Positions 37,216-45,994 of a stretch of DNA of 64,000 nt are shown here, in pieces. Below the pieces are notes generated by a model. It was not told the DNA's origin. It saw nothing but the letters and a program-made list of their open reading frames with translations, and did no database searches. The first letter of the stretch is position 1. Every line of letters starts with the position of its first letter. This stretch comes from Methanobacteriota archaeon (GTDB lineage Archaea; Halobacteriota; Bog-38; Methanoflorentales; Methanoflorentaceae). A program made the translations under genes and the position numbers. The stretch is taken from NCBI GenBank assembly GCA_963805115.1, contig CAWDSY010000007.1, positions 145,604 to 209,603 of the forward strand, written 5' to 3'.

Positions 37216-37869
37216 CTAATAGAATAAAAAACGCTGGTTTATCAGGTAGATGCCGACGATAAGGAGCACCAATCCTGCAGCTCGTTTTATCCAAATAGTG
37301 TTTGCAGTCCTGGCAACGAGAGATGATGACAGCTTCGTCGAGTACGCAACGGCTAGCATCGGGACAGCGAACCCGAGCGAGTATACCAGGAGAAGGAAGC
37401 CACCAGTTAGCACATTTCCACGTGCGGCGACCCATGTAAGTATCGCGCCTAACACAGCGCCGGTGCACGGTAACCAGATGACCCCGAGCGACATGCCGAG
37501 CAACAAGCCGCTGATAACTCCTTCTCTCGGAAGGTTATACGATCGTTTTGAGACGGCATCGACAAACCCCAGTCGCGGAGCGTTATACGGTAAGTGCAAG
37601 TCGAACAACATCCAGACGCCAATGATCATCACGATGATTATGGCAATTACGTCCAGGTACCACGCGACGCTCTGAAATACTGAGCCGAATGCGGACGCTA
37701 ACAACCCCATAGCGGTGAATGACATACTGAGTCCCAGAACGATTGCGAGCGGCCGCCATTTCCCACCGTCCGTCGATGATGCCATTACCGCTGGAAGTAC
37801 GATAAGTACGCACGGCGTGAAGACGCTTACAAGTCCCGCTCCAAAAGCGATCAAAGGGTTTACTTCCAT
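37216..37869 (-). CDS. ccdA: CcdA/DsbD-type thiol:disulfide transmembrane electron transporter
   Basis: 217-aa six-TM ORF with the two conserved Cys motifs VSVFTPCVLIVLP and VIWLPCTGAVLG. Confidence 0.8.
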   Translation of the reverse strand: MEVNPLIAFGAGLVSVFTPCVLIVLPAVMASSTDGGKWRPLAIVLGLSMSFTAMGLLASAFGSVFQSVAWYLDVIAIIIVMIIGVWMLFDLHLPYNAPRLGFVDAVSKRSYNLPREGVISGLLLGMSLGVIWLPCTGAVLGAILTWVAARGNVLTGGFLLLVYSLGFAVPMLAVAYSTKLSSSLVARTANTIWIKRAAGLVLLIVGIYLINQRFLFY

Positions 37870-38288
37870 TGTCGCGCGTCCTCAATCGTGTTCGTTAGGG
37901 TTTGCTCATCCGTTACTCCAACACTCTTCGCAACTGCGCCATCACTCCTTATCACAATAGTTTCCGGGACGGTCGTCACGCCATAATTCGTAGCTTTACC
38001 CGTTCTGTCCGTCAACGGGTTAATCATTAGGATCGTAACTCCAGTCCCGTTGTACTTGGTCTCGAGGTGTGAAATGATCACTTTCTGCTCCGCACAGAGT
38101 GTGCAGTTCATTCCGAAGTACAACAAGACCGGTCCCTTTTTTAAGAGTGCGGTTATATCAGAGGGGTGCGACGTGCCTCCTACGAAGGTCAGCTTGTTTC
38201 CTGAGGTCTCGGTAGTGCAGCCGCTCACACTTATTATAAGAACGCTCAGCAAAGCTAACGCTACCAACGTTTTTAAACTGTCATTCAT
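37860..38288 (-). CDS. TlpA-like extracytoplasmic thioredoxin-fold lipoprotein
   Basis: Signal/lipobox LLSVLIISVSGC and thioredoxin motif YFGMNCTLCAEQ. The ATG at 38288 forms an ATGA overlap with the upstream gene's stop. Overlaps ccdA by 10 nt. Confidence 0.7.
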   Translation of the reverse strand: MNDSLKTLVALALLSVLIISVSGCTTETSGNKLTFVGGTSHPSDITALLKKGPVLLYFGMNCTLCAEQKVIISHLETKYNGTGVTILMINPLTDRTGKATNYGVTTVPETIVIRSDGAVAKSVGVTDEQTLTNTIEDARQWK

Positions 38289-38542
38289 TGTTTCACTTGG
38301 GTTTGCTGTGCTTGAATGAGCCAATCTGCAATCTCTTGCTTGCTTGGCAAGCGACCGAACGCCTTGACCTCTTCATTGATGACTAGCGCAGGAACCGCTA
38401 AAACAGGGTATTCTAATATGTCCCGTTGTTGCGTGACCTTATTCACTGTGGCGTCAATGTCTTGTTCGGCGACCACGTCGCGAACCATCTGTTCAAGGCT
38501 GTTGCACCTTGCGCATCCCATTCCCAGAATCTTGACTTCCAC
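38285..38542 (-). CDS. Thioredoxin-fold redox-active disulfide protein 2 family (second copy)
   Basis: 85 aa: MEVKILGMGCARCNSLEQ...VPALVINEEVKAFGRLPSKQEIADWL, a paralog of 30264..30503 with higher GC content. Confidence 0.75.
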   Translation of the reverse strand: MEVKILGMGCARCNSLEQMVRDVVAEQDIDATVNKVTQQRDILEYPVLAVPALVINEEVKAFGRLPSKQEIADWLIQAQQTQVKQ

Positions 38543-38555
38543 GACGTTACCCTTT

Positions 38556-38573
38556 CGCGTATTACAATACGCG
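38556..38573. promoter_or_regulatory. 18-bp perfect palindrome CGCGTATTACAATACGCG
   Basis: Lies 14-31 nt upstream of the GTG start (38542) of the thioredoxin-like gene, as either a DNA operator or a 5-prime-UTR hairpin. Confidence 0.4.
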
Positions 38574-38808
38574 ATTTATATCTACACATTTGCATATATC
38601 GATATTATAAATAGTTGTGGATTCGCCTCGTTTAAGTCAACACTTTTGTCACGAAAAACTTTAGAGAAAAAACAACAGGTGAAGCGCGGTACCGCTTAAA
38701 AAACATGACTTTGTAACACATCGCCCTTCTTGCAGAAGCCACGCTGCACACTCAAGCCGGCTCAGCGTTCTTTCAGCGTAAAATTTTTCGACTAATATCG
38801 ACAGAGGC

Positions 38809-39246
38809 TCAAGGATCCTGAGAAAAGGTGGCCTCGATCCATTCTTCGATTCGGTCGCGCACACGCCTAAAAGATGTGCACGATGCACCGTCAGGCCCTG
38901 CGTCTACTAGAGGATCGTCAAAGTCGTGATGGATGTACTCGGTTCCTCCGGGGATAATGGCTCCTGGGAAAATGGGGCATCTCTCCTGGGCACGAGCACA
39001 CATGGTCACGACATAGTCAAAGGATGCGTCGAGATACTCGTCGAGTGGCTTAGCGCGTTGAGAGGCAATATCGATGTTCTTCTCTGCCATCACTTCGACA
39101 GCACACGGGTGAACTTCGGTCGGTTCGCTACCGGCGCTGAATGCCTCGTATCGATCGCTGTGCAGGGCGTTGACGAACCCCTCGGCCATCTGCGAGCGTG
39201 CTGCATTGTGGGTGCATAAGAATAGGATCCTCTTCTTGTCGTCCAT
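38809..39246 (-). CDS. arsC: Arsenate reductase, LMW-PTPase / thioredoxin-coupled type
   Basis: ILFLCTHNAARSQMAEG P-loop with downstream Cys residues, 145 aa. Confidence 0.85.
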   Translation of the reverse strand: MDDKKRILFLCTHNAARSQMAEGFVNALHSDRYEAFSAGSEPTEVHPCAVEVMAEKNIDIASQRAKPLDEYLDASFDYVVTMCARAQERCPIFPGAIIPGGTEYIHHDFDDPLVDAGPDGASCTSFRRVRDRIEEWIEATFSQDP

Positions 39247-39527
39247 TGTGCTCTTCCGATATTCCAGTTAAATTGATCAAAATCAGTTTCGAAGCTGCTT
39301 ATGCTCAGTGACTATATAATTGCTACCTCCGTAGTTTAGTGACAATTTCGCTTCTAGATATGATTAGGACGAACTTTGATCTTCGATTTGTGATTTCACG
39401 GAACTCGCAGTTCTTATTGTGGCGAGAAGTTGTTTGATATAGGCGACGTTCCCAACAAAATGTGAATGCTTATACTCTTCAGATCGGTGGGGTCCCGCGA
39501 TGTTTAGCGAAAACAAAAGTCTATCGA

Positions 39528-39770
39528 CGTGTGAAGGCGGAGGATTCAGCGTCCAACGTAGCGCTTTCTGGATTTCTGTCAGCACTTTTTTGCGTGGCTG
39601 CGCTGCGAGACGTGACAACAACCAGGAAGGCAAGCGCAACCACGACGGTCCGATTTATTCGCTCAGAAGCCAATAGGGCTAGCTAATTATGAAGAAAGAA
39701 AGAGCTATGGCGAGACTGGGATCCATTTCGTCCTTTCTCTTACATCACGCGACTATTAGAAAGCTGCCAT
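39528..39770 (-). mobile_element. Module copy C: strongly decayed paralog of copies A and B
   Basis: In the copy A-equivalent frame it reads ...LALLASERINRTVVVALAFLVVVTSRSAATQKSADRNPESATLDAESSAFTRR*. Copy A has LAGLPTKIYQTVHEGALAFLVVISS...KASAFTRRR. The 16 nt CCTCCGCCTTCACACG are identical to the tRNA-Val anticodon arm. There are in-frame stops near the ATG at 39770. Confidence 0.5.
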
Positions 39771-39864
39771 GCGTTGCACATGCGCTCACGACAAACGAGC
39801 GGCTCGCGTAAGTACTCTGCCCCGTTCAGAAAGAGTTTTACAGTCCTGGGACAACTACACCGCG

Positions 39865-40272
39865 ATGAATAACCCCGATGTGGCAATACTGGTGGGCTCC
39901 ACCTCTGATATGTACGTCGCCGAAAAAGCGATAGAGATACTCGAGGACGCGGGCGTTGCGTACGATCTGGAGGTTATCTCCGCGCATCGAGAGCCAACGC
40001 GCCTCGATGAATATCTTAGAAAAGCTCAAGCTAAGGTTTATATTGCTATCGCAGGCCTCTCTGCAGCTCTTCCAGGCATTATCGCATCAAAGACGACCGC
40101 CCCAGTGATCGGCGTCCCGGTAAGCACTAAGCTCAGCGGTCTGGACGCGCTGCTCTCTATAGTGCAAATGCCGGCGGGAGTTCCAGTGGCGTCCGTCGGA
40201 ATAGATGGCGGGAAAAACGCTGCATTATTCGCCCTGAGAATTCTGCAAGCAAATAGTAGCGCGAAAGAATAA
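39865..40272 (+). CDS. purE: N5-carboxyaminoimidazole ribonucleotide mutase
   Basis: [15 protein letters not shown]...ISAHREP...[10 protein letters not shown]...PVIGVPV motifs. The ATG at 39865 is preferred over the track start at 39769, which overlaps module C. Confidence 0.85.
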   Translation: MNNPDVAILVGSTSDMYVAEKAIEILEDAGVAYDLEVISAHREPTRLDEYLRKAQAKVYIAIAGLSAALPGIIASKTTAPVIGVPVSTKLSGLDALLSIVQMPAGVPVASVGIDGGKNAALFALRILQANSSAKE

Positions 40273-40296
40273 GCCGCACTTCGCAACGACACCGAA

Positions 40297-41568
40297 CTAG
40301 CTCTTTGAGTTGCTTAACGCCGCTTTTGCTATTTTTATCGCACAAAGATCTCCGCACATGGAGCAAGCATCGGTCTGTCGGTTGCGGCAGCTAAATTTCG
40401 CTCTAGCTAGATCTGGATCGACTGAAAGACGGAATTGTTTTTCCCAGTCCAGGCTGGCCCGTGATTTGGCCATCTCTTCGTCCAGCTTGTGCGCGCGGGG
40501 CATTCCCCTCGCAAGGTCGGCAACGTGAGCGGCTATCTTTGTGACGATCGCTCCTTGCTTGATGTCGTCTGGTGTCGGCAACGCGAGGTGCTCTGACGGC
40601 GTTGTCATACACAAGAAATCGGCTCCAAACATTCCGGCAAGAGAGCCTCCGATTGCTCCTGTTATGTGGTCATACCCCGGCGCTATGTCCGTGACGAGTG
40701 GTCCTAGCAGGTAGAGTGGGGCGCCGTCTGTCAACGATTTCATCGCTTTGACGTTGGCCTCGATTTCGTTAAGTGGCACGTGACCCGGTCCTTCAACCAA
40801 GGTCTGGACACCGCTTTCGCGCGCCCGCTGTGTGAGCTCTCCGAGCTGTATATATTCCATGAATTTAGGACGGTCGCTTGCGTCGTGCAAGCATCCCGAC
40901 CTCATGCCGTCACCAAGGCTGATCACAAAGTCATACTCACGTGCGAGCTCAAGGAGATAATCATACTCGACGTAGAAGGGGTTGTCTTCGCCGTTGTGAA
41001 CCATCCACGCAATGGTGAAAGCGCCGCCTCTGCTGACGACTCCCATAATTCTTTTGCTCTTCTTCAGTACTTCGAGGGATTTCAAATTGACTCCCGCGTG
41101 GATGGTCATGAAATCAATGCCGTCTTGGGCGTGCTTGCGAACCGTGTCGAACATGTCATCTGTCGTCATTGATACAACAGCGTCTCGCCGCATTGCTGCC
41201 TGATATATTGGCACCGTGCCAATCGGGGCTTCGATCTCTCGTAAAATTTGCCGCCGAATACTATCTAGATCCCCGCCTGTCGATAGATCCATAACAGTAT
41301 CTGCACCGTATCTCAGCGCTATTCGTGCCTTAGCGAGCTCTTCGCTTTTGTCGATGTAGTCCACTGATGTGCCAATATTGGCGTTCACTTTTGTGCGCAG
41401 CGCTTCGCCTATGCCGATCGCCGCGATATCGTGAGTGGCGTTCTTAGGTATTACGCTGCGTCCACTAGCGATAAGGCGCCTGAGTTTATCGCTTGATATG
41501 CCCTCTGATTTGGCAGCGTTTTTTATGTCGTCGTTCAAGCCTTTTTTGGCTTCTGTTAGTAGTGTCAT
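40297..41568 (-). CDS. thiC: Phosphomethylpyrimidine synthase
   Basis: Highly conserved ThiC sequence ([31 protein letters not shown]). The ATG at 41568 ([10 protein letters not shown]) gives about 423 aa. Confidence 0.9.
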   Translation of the reverse strand: MTLLTEAKKGLNDDIKNAAKSEGISSDKLRRLIASGRSVIPKNATHDIAAIGIGEALRTKVNANIGTSVDYIDKSEELAKARIALRYGADTVMDLSTGGDLDSIRRQILREIEAPIGTVPIYQAAMRRDAVVSMTTDDMFDTVRKHAQDGIDFMTIHAGVNLKSLEVLKKSKRIMGVVSRGGAFTIAWMVHNGEDNPFYVEYDYLLELAREYDFVISLGDGMRSGCLHDASDRPKFMEYIQLGELTQRARESGVQTLVEGPGHVPLNEIEANVKAMKSLTDGAPLYLLGPLVTDIAPGYDHITGAIGGSLAGMFGADFLCMTTPSEHLALPTPDDIKQGAIVTKIAAHVADLARGMPRAHKLDEEMAKSRASLDWEKQFRLSVDPDLARAKFSCRNRQTDACSMCGDLCAIKIAKAALSNSKS

Positions 41569-41589
41569 GGTGCTAGTATGATTGCGGGT

Positions 41590-41642
41590 CTGCTCACATC
41601 TCCCACAGTGATTATGCTCTTGTTGCTTAAAAATGTGAGCAG
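41590..41642 (-). promoter_or_regulatory. 10-bp perfect stem hairpin in the thiC leader / divergent promoter region
   Basis: CTGCTCACAT ... ATGTGAGCAG separated by 33 nt, ending 22 nt upstream of the thiC ATG. Confidence 0.35.
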
Positions 41643-41702
41643 TGCTGGCCTCGCGCAGATCGGGCCTAAGCTTTATCTTGCTGCGCGCCGAACTGTACCG
41701 AA

Positions 41703-42326
41703 GTGCGCGTGGATACCTTTTCGTGGCGTTATGCGAGCAACACCTTCTGGTTGAGTGCAAAGCAAAACGCTGTTGTTGATCTAGGGTCCGTAATGACAGC
41801 CAAACAGCTGCCGCTGGATGAAGCGTGTTGCATCATTTTGACTCACTTGCACTACGATCACACGGCGGCCTTAGATCAGCTGAAACTTGGTGCCAAGACA
41901 GTCGTAATGATGCACGAGGCCGACGCGCAAGCGATCGGGACGAGCGCTTCCGCCGCACATTTTTTTGGCGCACACGCGCCTAAGTTTCGCGTCGACACTG
42001 TGCTTACAGACGGCGATAAAATTGATCTTGGTGATTCGACGCTGCGCGTGATCCACACTCCCGGACACACTCCTGGAAGCATCTGCCTTTACGAAGCCGA
42101 GTCGAAAAGCCTTTTTTCCGGAGACACAGTTTTTCCGTACGGTAGCGTTGGTCGTACTGATCTGCCTGGCGGAAGCTCGCGTGACCTGACACGCTCGATC
42201 TCGCGGTTAGTGACGCTGGACGTTAGCGTGCTATATCCTGGTCACGGGGAGGTAACCGCAAACAACGTAAATGAACAGATTAAACAGTCCCTCAAGCTCG
42301 CCAAAGCAGCGGAAGGCCCAGAGTAA
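41703..42326 (+). CDS. MBL-fold metallo-hydrolase
   Basis: 207 aa with [22 protein letters not shown] and YPGHG motifs. GTG start. Confidence 0.75.
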   Translation: MRVDTFSWRYASNTFWLSAKQNAVVDLGSVMTAKQLPLDEACCIILTHLHYDHTAALDQLKLGAKTVVMMHEADAQAIGTSASAAHFFGAHAPKFRVDTVLTDGDKIDLGDSTLRVIHTPGHTPGSICLYEAESKSLFSGDTVFPYGSVGRTDLPGGSSRDLTRSISRLVTLDVSVLYPGHGEVTANNVNEQIKQSLKLAKAAEGPE

Positions 42327-42789
42327 TGTAGCCAGCGGTGTTTACGTCCTAGTTCTTTCGTTGGTCCGTGCCAAGCGCGTGACGGTGGGGCAGCTCCGGA
42401 CGATCCAATTTGCGCCAGGTTTCTACGCTTACGTAGGGTCGGCGATGGGGCCGGGCGGGTTCAAACGCGTTGCACGCCACGTGGATGTGTCTACAGGGCG
42501 CAACAAGACGCACAAGTGGCACATCGATCATCTCTCAGCCGTTGCAGAGATAATCGGGATAAATAAAATCGTAACCGGCGACCGAATCGAATGTGAAATG
42601 GCGCGCAATCTAGCGCTAAACCCGGTGCTGACCGGCGTCGCGGGTTTTGGCTCGTCAGATTGTAGGTGCTGTACGCACCTTTTCTATGCACGGCACCTTC
42701 ATGACCTTGAAAACGCGATACAGAAGGTCATTAACAATCAATGTCATGAGACAAGCCGTCTGTCTACGAGCGTCGAAAAGTTGCGATAG
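42271..42789 (+). CDS. DUF123 (GIY-YIG-like) domain protein
   Basis: GVYVLVLSL..., GFYAYVGSAMGPGGFKRVARH and KWHIDHL match the DUF123 pattern. The start is uncertain because the ORF overlaps the MBL gene end by 56 nt. Confidence 0.6.
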   Translation: MNRLNSPSSSPKQRKAQSNVASGVYVLVLSLVRAKRVTVGQLRTIQFAPGFYAYVGSAMGPGGFKRVARHVDVSTGRNKTHKWHIDHLSAVAEIIGINKIVTGDRIECEMARNLALNPVLTGVAGFGSSDCRCCTHLFYARHLHDLENAIQKVINNQCHETSRLSTSVEKLR

Positions 42790-42873
42790 CTGGCAAATGA
42801 AGCGGGAGCAGTCGCCACACGTAATTTATTTAAGGCTGCGAATCTAGGTCGCGCGCAACGGAGGATGGACTGA

Positions 42874-43824
42874 ATGGGAATACTCACCAATACGGTCGGC
42901 AGCTATCCAACGCACGATATCGGAGAAGCGCTGAAGGTAAAAATGAGCCTTCAAGATCTTATGGCCGGAAAGGATCCTTTCGTCACGTCGATTGAGGCTG
43001 CAGTCGCTGATCAACTCAGAGCCGGCATTGATCTGGTCTCTGATGGCCAGGTCAGAGCGGATATGGTCAGCTTATTTGCGGCGGGGATTCCGGGCATGAA
43101 AACCGATAGGGGTCGCTCGTACATAAAGGGAAAAATTACTCGACCCCTGAGAGCTATTACCGTAAACGACTTCATGTTGGCACGACAGTGTGCAGGAACG
43201 GACGCTAAAATCAAAGGGATCGTGACCGGTCCTGCTACGCTCGCCGCATCCTCGTCTTTGAGTGCTGGAGCGCCGTACAGGTCGAGTCTCGATCCGCGCT
43301 TGCTTGATGACTTGGCAAAAGCGCTCCGCTTTGAAGCAGAGCAGCTCGTTCGTGCTGGAGCAGATGCTTTGCAGATCGATGAACCCGTTTTGTATAATGT
43401 GGGGGTCGAGAAAGTACTGAGATTTGTTGACGCAGCGGTCGATGGTATAAAGATTCCTGTGAAGCTTCATCCCCACGTCGCATCCTTCAAGGATTATGAG
43501 CAGCTATTGAAGCTGGAAAACGTGCAAATTATCGGCGTCGAAGCAGCGAAATTCCCCGTTTTGCTGGATGAATTGACCGGAGCTGCGTTTGAAGGTCACG
43601 GAAAAAAAGTCGCGCTTGGCGTGGTCGACACTGATCGCCAAGAGGTCGAATCGGTAGAAACGGTAAAGAAGCGAATCGAGCGCGGCATAGACGTCTTTGG
43701 TGAAGACATGTGGATCAATCCCGATTGTGGGCTACGCCTTCAGAAGAGGGAAGTAGCATTTCAGAAGCTTAAAGTGATGGTTGATGCCGTCACGAGCGTC
43801 AAACGCGAGCTCAATTTATCCTAG
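42874..43824 (+). CDS. Cobalamin-independent methionine synthase (MetE C-terminal-domain-like, archaeal short form)
   Basis: 316 aa with TNTVGSYP, QIDEPVL and WINPDCGLR motifs. Confidence 0.7.
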   Translation: MGILTNTVGSYPTHDIGEALKVKMSLQDLMAGKDPFVTSIEAAVADQLRAGIDLVSDGQVRADMVSLFAAGIPGMKTDRGRSYIKGKITRPLRAITVNDFMLARQCAGTDAKIKGIVTGPATLAASSSLSAGAPYRSSLDPRLLDDLAKALRFEAEQLVRAGADALQIDEPVLYNVGVEKVLRFVDAAVDGIKIPVKLHPHVASFKDYEQLLKLENVQIIGVEAAKFPVLLDELTGAAFEGHGKKVALGVVDTDRQEVESVETVKKRIERGIDVFGEDMWINPDCGLRLQKREVAFQKLKVMVDAVTSVKRELNLS

Positions 43825-44632
43825 CATCCACCACTACGTGTGCAACTCCCGGGGCGTAGTCCTTCACTTTGCGCACGCTGAGTAACTCGGGTGATCGAGC
43901 GAGTGCTCGGGCAGCCTGCGCCACGTGAGCACGAGGGCGCTCGCCTATCAATTCTAACGGGACGAGTTCGTGGTAGTGTACGACGCCCCCGGGAACGAGA
44001 GCTTGAAGCGCTTTGCAAAGATAGTCGCACGCGTCAAAGTGTCCCATTAGTACGCGGTCAAATTGCTCTTTCGGCGTGACGTCAGCACAGTTGCCCAAGA
44101 TAGGTCGGACTATGCCGTCAACGTTGTTAAGCGTGATATTCTCCTTCAGGTAATCATATGCAATTGAATTGAGTTCAATCGCGCATATTGACTGAGGGTG
44201 CGCGTGCACTGCCATTGGTATACAGAGCTGGCCTATGCCACTGAACATGTCAAGGACTTTTTCGTTGCCGCCGACTTTGCTCATTCGAACTCGCTCCGCA
44301 AAGTTGCCTGCAGAGAACATGACGCGGCTTGCGTCGAGTGCGAATTTGCAATAGTTTTCCTTGTGGATGGTGCTCGTTTCTGAGCCCGCTATGACTTCAA
44401 TGTTAGGCGTACGTAGGTTACCTCGTATTCCTTTGTCCCACAATGCGCTCTTGCAGCGCGGGTACAAGTCCAGCAACGCCTCGCCTATGTCGTGTTTAAG
44501 GTGCTCAATTTTCGCGGGGATATTCACCAGCACCAAGTCGCCAAGGATCTGCCACCTGCGGGGAAGCAGCTGTTTTTCGTCTTCTGCGAGTGGCGCCGGT
44601 AGCAATGGTTCCAGCAGCTGATGCCCCCTCAT
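43811..44632 (-). CDS. trm5: tRNA (guanine37-N1)-methyltransferase Trm5 / Met-10+ family
   Basis: 273 aa with RWQILGDLVLV, VLDMFSGIGQLCIPMAV (SAM motif) and VVHYHE. Confidence 0.75.
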   Translation of the reverse strand: MRGHQLLEPLLPAPLAEDEKQLLPRRWQILGDLVLVNIPAKIEHLKHDIGEALLDLYPRCKSALWDKGIRGNLRTPNIEVIAGSETSTIHKENYCKFALDASRVMFSAGNFAERVRMSKVGGNEKVLDMFSGIGQLCIPMAVHAHPQSICAIELNSIAYDYLKENITLNNVDGIVRPILGNCADVTPKEQFDRVLMGHFDACDYLCKALQALVPGGVVHYHELVPLELIGERPRAHVAQAARALARSPELLSVRKVKDYAPGVAHVVVDARIN

Positions 44633-45651
44633 GGAAGGATGAATACTCCTTCTCGCGTCTTCACGACCTGTATCTCCCTACCTTCGTCGTCTTTACAAAC
44701 ATACGCAGGCCTTTTAATAGCAAGAGTGACGTAAGTCTCCGGATCGAGCAGGTGGGCCTCATCGGCATCGATCGAGACCAAGACAGTTCGTTTCGCGTCA
44801 CTTCGAGCGCCCAAGAGTCGGGCATTGCGCAAATCTTCTACTTTTAGAGCAGCGCTTTGGCCTGTTTCAAGGTCGACGGCGTTTGTCGCGCTTGTTATCG
44901 AGCATATCTCATAAATGTGCTGCTTGACCGAAACAATCGCGCCAGTCGGAAATTCAGGTAGCCTTACGACAAAGGTTACACGGTAAATGTCCTTTCCGTC
45001 GCGTCGTCCCACAAGCTTGGCTGAATCGCTGAAGCTGCCCCCCATCTCCCGAACCAAGGCGCGGACAATTCGCTTTGCAGCTTTGACTGTGCCGACGTAC
45101 AGGTCAAGGCCTTCTCTTAGCTGGATGGTCTTAGCAATAAACGCTAGCCTATCCGCCTTCTGTGCGCTTTCAATGGTTCTTGTCACGATTTCGAGGGCGC
45201 GGTGTAACTCGGACTCGTCCGGCGTCCTGTGGTCTGCGCGTATTTGAACTTTGCTTTCGTAGTAACCGCCTGAAATTCTACAGCATCTGTCGCATGTCGC
45301 TCGGTCTACGCGAACATCTACATCATAACTCTTGTGTTGCGTCTCCCCAAGATAAGGAACGTCGACTTCGACGCGCGCACGTACCATCGTCTGCGTAACT
45401 TCATTCAAAATAACCGTGACTGTGGCCTCCTCTGCATCGATCGTCAGAGCCTCTTCGACCACACGGCCTATTGCGTGATCGAGGTCCTCATTCCGCCAGT
45501 GTCCTCTGAAAAAGTGATCGGAGCACATCGGACATATTTTGATGGTGAGGACTCCAGGAACTGCCGCGATATTACGGCCTTGTGCGAGACACCGCTCGCA
45601 TATACCGTCTGAGGGCTCACCACAGCTGGGACAAATGCTTTTCAAAGTCAA
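44629..45651 (-). CDS. NMD3 family protein (archaeal)
   Basis: 340 aa with N-terminal Cys clusters CPSCGEPSDGICERCL, CPMCSDHF and CDRCCRISGGYYE. Confidence 0.75.
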   Translation of the reverse strand: MTLKSICPSCGEPSDGICERCLAQGRNIAAVPGVLTIKICPMCSDHFFRGHWRNEDLDHAIGRVVEEALTIDAEEATVTVILNEVTQTMVRARVEVDVPYLGETQHKSYDVDVRVDRATCDRCCRISGGYYESKVQIRADHRTPDESELHRALEIVTRTIESAQKADRLAFIAKTIQLREGLDLYVGTVKAAKRIVRALVREMGGSFSDSAKLVGRRDGKDIYRVTFVVRLPEFPTGAIVSVKQHIYEICSITSATNAVDLETGQSAALKVEDLRNARLLGARSDAKRTVLVSIDADEAHLLDPETYVTLAIKRPAYVCKDDEGREIQVVKTREGVFILP

Positions 45652-45666
45652 ACGATCTCCTCTGAT

Positions 45667-45993
45667 TTAGAAAAGAACCATTTGGGCGTGCGGAATACCG
45701 TCAATTGTGATCACGCAATGCTCATCCACGACGCCGCTGTCGATGCCGCACGCAACAGATTGTTCGCCGACGAGATTCGCGATCGTGGCTTCTTCGAGTG
45801 CCTTTTTCACCTCGTGTTCATCTGCAGGACGACCCTTGAAAAAGTCTTCGTTAACAGAAAGGTGAAGCTCTCCTTCACGAAATGTGCGCCCTATTAGTCC
45901 TGAATCACATACAGCGACGAGGATCTCTTTGTTAACACTGTATGACTTCAAGTACATAGTCGTAAGAGTAGCGACATTATCGTTTTCAAGCAT
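45667..45993 (-). CDS. DUF424 domain protein
   Basis: ILVAVCDSGLIGRTFREGELHLSV...FFKGRP...IANLVGEQSV...IDGIPHAQMVLF. The ATG at 45993 lies just after the mcm stop; an alternative ATG is at 45957. Confidence 0.6.
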   Translation of the reverse strand: MLENDNVATLTTMYLKSYSVNKEILVAVCDSGLIGRTFREGELHLSVNEDFFKGRPADEHEVKKALEEATIANLVGEQSVACGIDSGVVDEHCVITIDGIPHAQMVLF

Positions 45994-45994
45994 T

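Noticed and set aside
39364-39639. 91-aa ORF as a gene or integrase C-terminal fragment
   Set aside because: It is a wrong-frame reading across module copy C. The frame homologous to copies A and B is different, and no tyrosine-recombinase motifs (R..HxxR..Y) are visible.
41569-41702. TPP riboswitch upstream of thiC
   Set aside because: The conserved TPP-aptamer core sequences were not found on the thiC strand. Only a generic hairpin is present, reported separately at low interest.
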